Origin: a virus
Length of the DNA stretch: 64,000 bases
Strand: one strand, 5' to 3'
Virus record (IMG/VR): IMGVR_UViG_3300024308_000021
Span: 5,467-69,466 of that record
Numbering within the stretch: the first letter of the stretch is position 1; every line of letters starts with the position of its first letter. The position numbers and the translations under genes were made by a program. The notes under the pieces were generated by a model. That model saw only the letters and a program-made list of their open reading frames with translations. It ran no database searches and was not told the DNA's origin. Positions 56,080 through 64,000 of this stretch are shown here, one piece after another.

Positions 56080-56907
56080 ATGTTCGATTATATCAACGAG
56101 TATCTGATGGGTCGTACTAGTTTGGAGTTAAGAACCAAACTAATGGACGGCCTACGCACTGCCACTACTATTCTAGGGGAGCAGTGTTTGATGGCGGTGC
56201 AAAAAGAGATACAACGTGACGAAGCCGAGTTCTCCGCTAACGGAATCGATTTCATCACAGAAGCCCTTCTGGGGCTGATCTATCAATCTTTCTTGAAGTT
56301 CGGTATTACCTTAGATCAGGATGCGATGGAGCATCGCTGGATTACTCCGTACTGCGATACATTGGAGTTGCTGGCTAACTACGAGCAGACTCAGTATGCT
56401 GAACAGATAACTTCTATTCTGGAGCTTTCTGATACTTCAGAGGATGTGTTGTTTAACGTCCTACAGCTGCTGGATCCCGATTTGGATCTGTCCTGGGAGG
56501 ATACGCTGGACTCAGTGTCAATCGCTCTCATAGAGCGTTTCAGGACTGCTCTGCGCGAAGCTGCTACTCAAGTACCAGACACCACTGGTTTAGGATCTGT
56601 GGACGAGGAAACCGCATACCTGGAACGCATCCGGGCTTTCCGCGAACAAGGTAAATACCTGGACACAGTAACCTACCAGTACTACGACTCCGGGGCTAAC
56701 CTCAGAGTAGCGCCCGAGCTCACTCTGGATCTCCTCAAACATCGTTACTCAGTGCTGGAGTACCCACAACTCGCTCGAGAGTTGATAGTGCTGTGTACCT
56801 ACGCAGCTCTCCCTAACGCTGAAGTAGTCCCTACAGCTAAACGCATAGCGCAGTCCTTCGACCCAGAAGTAGAACTTGCGTTGGCAGACCTACTCGGAGG
56901 TAGATGA
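56080..56907 (+). CDS. virion structural protein (phiKZ gp79-like)
   Basis: 275 aa, GGAG RBS, precedes the gp80-like gene. Confidence 0.6.
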   Translation: MFDYINEYLMGRTSLELRTKLMDGLRTATTILGEQCLMAVQKEIQRDEAEFSANGIDFITEALLGLIYQSFLKFGITLDQDAMEHRWITPYCDTLELLANYEQTQYAEQITSILELSDTSEDVLFNVLQLLDPDLDLSWEDTLDSVSIALIERFRTALREAATQVPDTTGLGSVDEETAYLERIRAFREQGKYLDTVTYQYYDSGANLRVAPELTLDLLKHRYSVLEYPQLARELIVLCTYAALPNAEVVPTAKRIAQSFDPEVELALADLLGGR

Positions 56908-58205
56908 TGACTCGTCTAGATTTCTTCAGGCTGGCGCTCAAACACCACGCCTGGAGATGGCGTTACTGGATGGTGTGTGGATTTAGCGTAGCTAAGATCT
57001 CCGATACCCCCAAAGGAGAAGGGGTTTGTGAAATCGTTCAGGTAGGTGACCAATACGGCTACGTAGATCCTGAAAACAAAACCATCGTTACGATCGAAGA
57101 CTCCCAAGTAGGTCAAACCCTTTTCCCTGTAAAGGAAGAGATTGTTCTGCGTAAGGGAGACCTAGCTAACCTCACCAAGGACATCCGCACTACCTACGGA
57201 AACGCTATCTTCAACGCAGCTGCATTAGCTTACTGTTTTGGAGCTACGATTCCTTATCTGAATCGATCAGCCGACGCAGATCAGATCATGGATCTGTACG
57301 TGCCTAAGATCGTAGATGATCCTGCTGAAGGAGAGGAGTTAGAAGAAGGTAAGGTTAGCGTGGCGCAAGGCTACAAGCACGCTGAGGCGATGTTCAACGT
57401 AATCACTCCCATGAGTATCCAGATTACGCAGTCGTCTTCTGAAGCCATCCTAGGTGTGGATCCTTCAGTAATCGAATTACGTGATCGTTTGCTGGAAGAG
57501 CACAAAGACGAGCTAACCGACCTGACCGTAGTAGCCAGTATCATCAAGCAGTTGATAGCTGCTGATAAAGCTACCTTCGAGAACGATCCAGCCAAAGGCT
57601 TCCTGTTCAAATCCAAAGCTTTCGATATCGTCCGACTACGTACGCAGATTATGTACGGCGTGGAGTTCAGTTTCGAACAAGACGGTACGTTTACGCTTGT
57701 TACGAGATCCCTGGTAGAAGGTTGGGACATCTCTAAGTTCACCGAGTATAACAACTCGATGCGTGATGGTAGTTTCAACCGTGGTGCGATGACTGCTCTA
57801 GGTGGTGAAGCGGTTAAGAAAGCTTATCGTAGATACCAGAACTCGAAGATTATCGCTGAGGACTGTAAGACTCCTCTTACACTGCGTCGTAGAGTGCTCC
57901 CAGAGCTCGCCAAACGACTTGTGGGGCGTTTCTACGTAGAAGGTGGTAAACTACACGAGACTACTGGCGAATCGATTAAAGCGCTTATAGGACGCGAGGT
58001 AGACTTCCGTGATCCTTCGTGCTGTCGTGCTGGTGGATTCAACCTGTGTCGTTACTGCTACGGCACTAGTCTAGACCTCACCCCAATGGCTGTATCTAAT
58101 GCGATGTCAGAACCTTACTCGCAGCAGATGTACATCTTCATGAAGAAAATGCATGGTACTTCATTGAAAACCGTAGACTACGATTTCCATTTCTGGCTAT
58201 CTTAG
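56904..58205 (+). CDS. virion RNA polymerase beta-prime subunit fragment (phiKZ gp80-like)
   Basis: GSFNRGAMTALGG, AEDCKT, FRDPSCC...LCRYCYG Zn site, FMKKMHG. Confidence 0.88.
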   Translation: MMTRLDFFRLALKHHAWRWRYWMVCGFSVAKISDTPKGEGVCEIVQVGDQYGYVDPENKTIVTIEDSQVGQTLFPVKEEIVLRKGDLANLTKDIRTTYGNAIFNAAALAYCFGATIPYLNRSADADQIMDLYVPKIVDDPAEGEELEEGKVSVAQGYKHAEAMFNVITPMSIQITQSSSEAILGVDPSVIELRDRLLEEHKDELTDLTVVASIIKQLIAADKATFENDPAKGFLFKSKAFDIVRLRTQIMYGVEFSFEQDGTFTLVTRSLVEGWDISKFTEYNNSMRDGSFNRGAMTALGGEAVKKAYRRYQNSKIIAEDCKTPLTLRRRVLPELAKRLVGRFYVEGGKLHETTGESIKALIGREVDFRDPSCCRAGGFNLCRYCYGTSLDLTPMAVSNAMSEPYSQQMYIFMKKMHGTSLKTVDYDFHFWLS

Positions 58206-58246
58206 TCTAGTCAATGTATGACTCATTCAATCCAGGAGTAGAGAAA

Positions 58247-58822
58247 ATGGCTAAGCCTCCGTTCAACAATCAACAACCCCGTCAGCCGTCCCAGACAGCT
58301 CCCCAGCAACCTGAAAAGAAACCCGAGGACAACACTTACCTCGATCAGCCTCCGATCTCTCCTGTGATCGAAGATCTGGCTGCTGGCAACGTAGCTCCTC
58401 GTCCGAAGTCTGACACCGTAGCGATCTTCGAAGACCGCGTGCAGTCTTACCTGAAGGCTTGTGGTCCCACCGTAACCAAGACCCCGTCCTCGATCGGTCA
58501 AGCTCAGGGTGGTTTTATCTACACCATCCAGTCTCTGTGGCGCATGCCGGTACAAGACTTCAAGGAGTGCATGGACTACCTGATGGAAACCTTCCGTCAG
58601 AACCCCAAGATCTTCTGCGAAGCTTTCCTGTTCTCCCACATGGATCAGGTCACCAACGTTTCCTACGAACATCGTCAGCAGCATTACGCTCTGATGAACC
58701 TCATGCTCAACGGGGCTAACCCGGATGTAGTGCTGAAGGAAGTAGTGGACGTCAACCTGGCCTGTCGTGGTCTGCCGGAGAACGCAGCTGAGTTCCTGTC
58801 TGCTTACTACGGCTTGCAGTAA
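58247..58822 (+). CDS. hypothetical protein (191 aa), P/Q-rich N-terminus
   Basis: ATG 58247 after AGGAG; TATG at 58217 may be a late promoter. Confidence 0.75.
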   Translation: MAKPPFNNQQPRQPSQTAPQQPEKKPEDNTYLDQPPISPVIEDLAAGNVAPRPKSDTVAIFEDRVQSYLKACGPTVTKTPSSIGQAQGGFIYTIQSLWRMPVQDFKECMDYLMETFRQNPKIFCEAFLFSHMDQVTNVSYEHRQQHYALMNLMLNGANPDVVLKEVVDVNLACRGLPENAAEFLSAYYGLQ

Positions 58823-58835
58823 TCCCTACAAAGGG

Positions 58836-58876
58836 CATAACTCAGGAGGAGGCCAGTCGGCCTCCTCCTATGCCGC
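58836..58876. terminator. bidirectional terminator
   Basis: AGGAGGAGGCC-agtc-GGCCTCCTCCT with CATA before and TATGCCGC after. Confidence 0.8.
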
Positions 58877-59125
58877 TTAGGCAGCTAATGCATCACGGTT
58901 CTTACGATATTCGCGATATTCTTTCAGTACGTCAGTGTGTGTAGGCATCTTGAAGATTTCACGACAGATTTCAGAAGCATTTACATGACCCGCTGTAGCG
59001 TTGATACCGAAACGACGACGTTGCAGGTCGCTTACGTTTTCGATACGAGCCAGCTCCATCCAGGTAGTTACGCGAGAGATATTCAGTGTATCTTCACCAT
59101 TAGGATAACTGGCAGCTACGTCAAG
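58877..59125 (-). CDS. exon 2 of the PolB exonuclease/motif A subunit
   Basis: LDVAASYPN (motif A D-x-x-S-x-Y-P type) starts right after the intron terminal G. Confidence 0.9.
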   Translation of the reverse strand, partial: LDVAASYPNGEDTLNISRVTTWMELARIENVSDLQRRRFGINATAGHVNASEICREIFKMPTHTDVLKEYREYRKNRDALAA

Positions 59126-59555
59126 CAAGTTGTTCGGTAGAGGCGCGAATTCTACCCGCCCAGCGCTGTTTCACAACAGTACCGGACTGCTCTAGGCTTT
59201 CCCTAGATGTTCAGACTATATCATCATCTCCCGTATTACGAGAGAGACCTCCACTTGGAGCCGCCTGGCCTAAGCCGCTTGCGTGCCCTACTCCCCTGCC
59301 GGGGATAGTCGTTGAACGTTCTTCTGTACGAGACAGAAGCTTCGATGCGAGATTCCCCAATCCACAGTCTGTGTTACCATACCCAAGTGATTAGCTTGGC
59401 CACTATTACATCACTGCAATAGCTTGGTCTACTGGGCTCTAAGCGGGTTCCCGTCAGTTCAAAGGTTGTTTCAGTGAGGATCACTCCTCAAGGGGACCTT
59501 GTTTGTTTATCTCATGCGACGTGGTGGTATGCTACATGAGAGTAAACAGCCGTTG
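59126..59555 (-). mobile_element. group I intron (subgroup IA-like), 430 nt, no homing endonuclease ORF
   Basis: 5' exon ends in U, intron ends in G; P GAACTGACGGGAAC, R GTTCAACGACTAT, S GATATAGTCTGA; IGS CAAGGTCC pairs both exons. Confidence 0.95.
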
Positions 59556-61016
59556 ATCCGCAACGTGAAGGAAGACCAGGGTGCTAAGCTCCGGGAATTC
59601 CTTAATACAGCGTAGTCCATTATCCGCTACCATGTGCGATGGTAGCGTAACAATCCAGTTATCAACGCCTACTACTAGGTCGTCGAGTTCTGGAACTTTC
59701 ATCTTATCGGAAGTAGTACCGATTGCGTGTTCTTCTTGCAGAGCAAAGAAGTGCAACGCATCACAAGTCCGACGAGGTTGTGAGTGGAACTTGTCCAGGT
59801 TCGATACACCAGAGAACAAGTTGATTTTGTTACACAAGTCCATGTTCATCTCGTCGAGTAACTCAACAGAGATACAGTCGAAGATGTTGTAGATGAGATA
59901 TTCGACTTTAAACCTAGACTGCATGAACTCGTGCCACTTCAGTCCTTCCAAGTGGTCAGCTTGTTTGAACTTAAGTTTACGAATCCCCAAGTGACGATGA
60001 AGGATGTTATCCAGCGAGTAACCACCTGGAACTTTACCACCAGCTATCCGGATTTTCTGATAGACACACATCGCATCTAGGAACTTAAATCCAGCAGCAC
60101 ACTTAAAGAAGTGCCAACGCTCGGCAGGGGACAGAGGGAAGTTACGTCCACTGGCAGTTACTTTAACAGTGGAGCCTTCCTTCCAGTAACAATACTGATA
60201 CTTCGTAGGACACCGAGGATCCGAGAACACAGTAGCAGGATCAATCCCACCCTTCTGGAGCGCACTCAGCATCTTAGGAATATCGTACGCCATGTTCCAG
60301 ATAGCTACGATGTCAGGCTGCCACTCGTGAGCGTAACGCATCAGTACCATGGGGACTTCGTGTTCGTGGTCTACGAACTCGATGTACAGTTTAATGTTCC
60401 GTTTGGTTTCGTATTCACCTAGCAGTTCAGTAAACTTGTCACGGATGTCTTGCTCAGTACAGTAGAACCCTTCCAGGAAGAATCGGTTCACTACCAGTAG
60501 TACTCGATCTTTAAAAGTCAAACTGCCCGAAAGGATTTGTTCAGTCCCGTGGAGAACATCGGATTCTAAGTCGAGTACAGCCACACGGTTCAGTGAGTAC
60601 AGGTCAGGGTATTTCTCCTGGTATTTGTGTTTGATGATCTCAGACACACCTACGTCCGCTCCGTAGAGATACGGACTACGAGACATTATCCGAAGGTCGC
60701 CTGTGTTAGGTACTTTCAGTATCCGAGCTATGGTTGGAGCCAACATGCGCTGAGTACACTCGTAGCGCTGTAGGTTCTTTAAAGACTCGAAATCTTTCTT
60801 GTGTTCGTGTTTACGTAACCCTGGTTTAGTGACGTACAAATCCCGCTTGAAATTCTCCAGAAAGCGCAGGTTAGTGGTAGCGGAACCGTCGTTTAGATGT
60901 ATGATCTCCTTCACTAAAACACAGTCGTCCATTGAGTCGTCTTGCGCTTCTATGTAAGTCGCAAGTTTACACTCAAATCCTTTGATGTTGTCTGTATCCA
61001 ACTTAACTGTTTGCAT
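59556..61016 (-). CDS. exon 1 of the family B DNA polymerase exonuclease/motif A subunit (phiKZ gp82-like); 569 aa when spliced
   Basis: ExoI VLDLESD, ExoII WNMAYD, ExoIII YNIFD; ends FLHVAD at the splice site. Confidence 0.9.
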
Positions 61017-61067
61017 CGTTACCTCCTAGTGCTCACAGATCTATTAACTTCTTAAAAAGGAACTACC

Positions 61068-62504
61068 ATGTCTTCGATCACAGCCCACCTCCGTGCATTG
61101 GGAACAGAGACTCCCGAGTATCAGCAGAAACAGTCTCTGAGTCTGGAAGCTCATCTCTCCGAACTCGAACAGATGCAACTCCAGTTTTCAGAAGAGCAGT
61201 ACAACTACACCGAAGAAGGTATGTTGGATTCGATCTGGAACGGCATCAAAGCCTTCTTTAAAGCCATTGTCGACTTCTTCAAGCGCCTCTTCGGCAGCGG
61301 TCCTACCAAAGAGCAGAATGCTACTCTGGACAAAACCGAGAAAGAAATCGATGATTTAGCCGAAGCTATGAAAGACGTCGATTTCACCAAACCCGACCAG
61401 GATGCTGAAAAGATCCTTAAGGAAGCGGGATTGGTGGTAGATACACCCATTCGGCTTTCTGATATACCCACCGGTAGCCTGGCTGACTTTGACGCGTTCA
61501 TGATCTCAGACAACGGCAAGCCTCTCACTCCGGATCAGTTTGACAAATCACTCGATCAATCCGAGCGTAATAAACTCACTCGCGTTTGGTTGGACGATCT
61601 GGTAAGAGGTGGGCAGCAAAAACCAGCTCGCACCAAAGAAGAGAAGGCTGGTGAGCGTGTAGCTAAGCGCGCTGCTCAGGTATTGCCTAACGATGCTACT
61701 CCGGAACAAGTAGCCAAAGTCGCGTCTAAGGCCGTCGCCGTTACCGACGCTAAGATGCGTCTGCTGTTGGACGAGGTAGGTCGCTGCAATATCCCAGGTG
61801 TGGAGTACGAAGGCTCTAAGCTGCACATCGCTCTGGCTAACTACCGCATCTACTCTGAGAAGTTCATCACAGCCTCAGTTCTTCTGAGTGAGGCGGAGTC
61901 TGTTGCCAAAGAGTTTGATAGTAAGAAATTCGATCACCTCACCGAAGATTCTATTGCTAAAGACGGCTTCTTCGGACCGTCCAGCGTACCTTTGCTTAAA
62001 TGGAATCCTGAAGACAAGAAATACGTCTTCAAAGAGAAAGGTCACGACACCTCCCCCCAGGGTTTTGTAGAAGACATCTTCGCACGCGCTGTACTGGGCG
62101 CTAATGACTACGCTGGTGTAGTGGCTAACGTTTCCAAAAACACCGATACCAAAACCGTAGGTGCTCTGATCAAATCTGTGCAAGAGCAAATCGCTCAAGC
62201 CCGTAAGTCATCTGCTGTCTACGTTAAGGTTCTGGGCGTGGTGGAAGCAATTTACGCTGCAGTTAATAAAATCGATCCTAAGACAGCAAGCAAGGAAGAG
62301 GCCGCAGCAGCCAAAGTCGCGGCTTCGATCGTCCGTGAGATTGGTCGCCTTACCGCTGGTTCTGCAACAAACCAGCGCAATGCTCTGGCTAACGCACTGC
62401 AAGCTGTGCGCATCCTGCGCCGCAAGGCCGGTAAGCTCAAGGAGTACAACGGTCTGATGAAGAAACTCAACGACGAAGTTGCAGCTATCAAAGCTAAGAA
62501 ATAA
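61068..62504 (+). CDS. putative internal head protein with protease-processed propeptide
   Basis: SLSLE and TEE followed by amphipathic GMLDSIWNGIKAFFKAIVDFFKRLF, typical of phiKZ-like head paralog families. Confidence 0.7.
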   Translation: MSSITAHLRALGTETPEYQQKQSLSLEAHLSELEQMQLQFSEEQYNYTEEGMLDSIWNGIKAFFKAIVDFFKRLFGSGPTKEQNATLDKTEKEIDDLAEAMKDVDFTKPDQDAEKILKEAGLVVDTPIRLSDIPTGSLADFDAFMISDNGKPLTPDQFDKSLDQSERNKLTRVWLDDLVRGGQQKPARTKEEKAGERVAKRAAQVLPNDATPEQVAKVASKAVAVTDAKMRLLLDEVGRCNIPGVEYEGSKLHIALANYRIYSEKFITASVLLSEAESVAKEFDSKKFDHLTEDSIAKDGFFGPSSVPLLKWNPEDKKYVFKEKGHDTSPQGFVEDIFARAVLGANDYAGVVANVSKNTDTKTVGALIKSVQEQIAQARKSSAVYVKVLGVVEAIYAAVNKIDPKTASKEEAAAAKVAASIVREIGRLTAGSATNQRNALANALQAVRILRRKAGKLKEYNGLMKKLNDEVAAIKAKK

Positions 62505-62510
62505 AAAGAG

Positions 62511-62547
62511 CATATCTGGCGAGGGGTACACCCCTCGCCATTTTATG
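62511..62547 (+). terminator. terminator / late-promoter junction
   Basis: TGGCGAGGGG-taca-CCCCTCGCCA TTTTATG. Confidence 0.75.
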
Positions 62548-62570
62548 ACCTCATCTCCTAGGAGTACCCC

Positions 62571-63860
62571 ATGCGTAAGTCTAACCTAACTCTCCAGATG
62601 GAGGCTATTGCCTACCAGTCTGGAGTTTCTAAAAACAAAGTATTCCCCCGCCTAGCGGAAGCGTACGATGCTATCATTCACGAAGTACGTAAATCCAAGC
62701 GTCTGCGTGCGGGCGATCTCGAGCGTTTCGGTATCGCTAAGATCATCTTCGAAGAGTGTGGTGTCCGTACCACACAGCAAGTAGACCAAGGCATCTACAA
62801 TGCCTGTGTGTATCCCCCGCTGGTGGATCGTAACAATCCAATTGCTGCCGACTTCTGGGTTGAGATGCGTGAGAACGAAGACGCAATGCATTTCATCAAA
62901 AGAGCCAAAGGGGCTATCTCCGGTACAGTAGACCTACTCAACGCTCGAGTAGGCGGTGTCTACTCGGAGATTGAGTGTGAGATGCATGTAGGGGATCAGT
63001 TTTTCTTTGACTCGAAATATAACGGCTCTCACATCGCAGCGATCATGTGTCACGAGATCGGCCACGTGATGACTTATTTCGAAGCGCTCTCAGAAACAGC
63101 TACGATCAACCGCGTTCTACAAGCGGTGTGTGCTGACGTACTGCGTGGTGCCGACTACGAACGCCGTCTGGTAATGCTCACTGAAGCCGAAAAGGTTCTT
63201 GGTGTTAAGATCGATCTGAAAGAAGAACACGCCAAGATGGAGAAGATGGAGGGATATCAGATCCTGATCATCGAAACCACAGCGCGCAAACCCAGATCTG
63301 CACTAGGGTCTCCACTCTACGACTTCAAAGCCTGGGAACAAGCTTCAGACCAGTTCGCTACTCGTCTGGGTTATGGTATCTATCTGTCCGAAGCTTTGGA
63401 CATTATGTTCCGTAGTTTCGATTACCCGACTTACTGGAGCGCTCCTCGTTTTTACATGATGGAGGTGTTCAAGTGGATCTTCGGTACGGCGATGCTGATC
63501 ATCCCAGGATACAACGTCCTGTTCGTGTTACTTCTGTTTTTGATGGGCAATCCGCTGTGGGATGTCTACGACTCCCCCACTGACCGCATCGCTCGTATCC
63601 GTCGTGAGACTTTGGGTGAGCTTAAGAACGCTAAGATCGATCCTAAGCGTCGTAAGGTACTACTCGAAGACATCGCTGCAATGGATCGGATGTTGGAAGG
63701 TATGAAAGACCGTCGTACTTTCTACGAGCGCGTGTGGATCTTACTGTCCTCTACAGCACGTACCGGTACACGTCAACAACGCATCCAGCAGGAACTCGAG
63801 TCCCTCGCTAACAACGACCTCTTTTTGGCATCTGCTAAGCTTAAGGAGCTTGCATCATGA
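62571..63860 (+). CDS. virion protein with HEXXH zinc-metallopeptidase motif (phiKZ gp84-like)
   Basis: MCHEIGH at 63051-63065, downstream EQASDQF, hydrophobic segment WIFGTAMLIIPGYNVLFVLLLFLMG. Confidence 0.65.
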   Translation: MRKSNLTLQMEAIAYQSGVSKNKVFPRLAEAYDAIIHEVRKSKRLRAGDLERFGIAKIIFEECGVRTTQQVDQGIYNACVYPPLVDRNNPIAADFWVEMRENEDAMHFIKRAKGAISGTVDLLNARVGGVYSEIECEMHVGDQFFFDSKYNGSHIAAIMCHEIGHVMTYFEALSETATINRVLQAVCADVLRGADYERRLVMLTEAEKVLGVKIDLKEEHAKMEKMEGYQILIIETTARKPRSALGSPLYDFKAWEQASDQFATRLGYGIYLSEALDIMFRSFDYPTYWSAPRFYMMEVFKWIFGTAMLIIPGYNVLFVLLLFLMGNPLWDVYDSPTDRIARIRRETLGELKNAKIDPKRRKVLLEDIAAMDRMLEGMKDRRTFYERVWILLSSTARTGTRQQRIQQELESLANNDLFLASAKLKELAS

Positions 63861-64000
63861 AACTCACAGCATCCCAGTTCAAACAAAATTTCCAGTACCT
63901 GCTGGTAGACCAGCGCCTGTCTCCGGATGATCGTAAGTCCGCCATCGGATTTGCTTTGGCTCGTGGGATCTCCTACGCTCTGGACGTACCGGCTACCAAG
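63857..64000 (+). CDS. 5' part of the next virion protein gene (partial)
   Basis: ATGA coupling, TAAGGAG RBS, open to the window end (MKLTASQFKQ...). Confidence 0.7.
   Translation, partial: MKLTASQFKQNFQYLLVDQRLSPDDRKSAIGFALARGISYALDVPATK

Noticed and set aside
59532-59555. ORF-track C-terminus QRLFTLM of the exonuclease gene
   Set aside because: It is read-through into the intron, not the true end.
1649-62540. Repeated GGAGGAGGG hairpins as a CRISPR array or REP/IS ends
   Set aside because: They are dispersed singly at gene ends with variable stems and no regular spacers, cas or transposase genes; they fit terminators.

Overview
This is a 64-kb segment of a phiKZ-like, nucleus-forming jumbo phage (Chimalliviridae). 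Host and exact species cannot be read from the sequence. phiKZ gp numbers below come from recalled synteny and motifs, not from database searches. In order it holds: accessory early genes; tail tube and sheath; three virion/baseplate genes; large terminase; a gp32-like gene; an accessory block with an ~800-bp noncoding locus; the tubulin PhuZ; a PolB subunit (motifs B/C); chimallin; the non-virion RNAP subunits (gp55-, gp68-, gp71-73- and gp74-like); SbcD; ChmC- and PicA-like genes; an SF2 helicase with a LAGLIDADG intein; a macrodomain gene; a gp77-like gene; the virion RNAP gp80-like subunit; a second PolB subunit (exonuclease plus motif A) split by a 430-nt group I intron; and head proteins. 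Four signals most deserve follow-up. (1) A 31/33-nt polypurine mirror repeat around a central hairpin, beside an AT-rich inverted-repeat array (candidate triplex/R-loop origin or packaging element). (2) A ~680-nt densely structured RNA candidate directly behind phuZ. (3) An apparent -1 ribosomal frameshift (T TTT TTT) fusing the gp77-like gene to a start-less downstream ORF. (4) A group I intron whose splicing is needed to restore PolB motif A. I found no tRNA, rRNA or CRISPR array.
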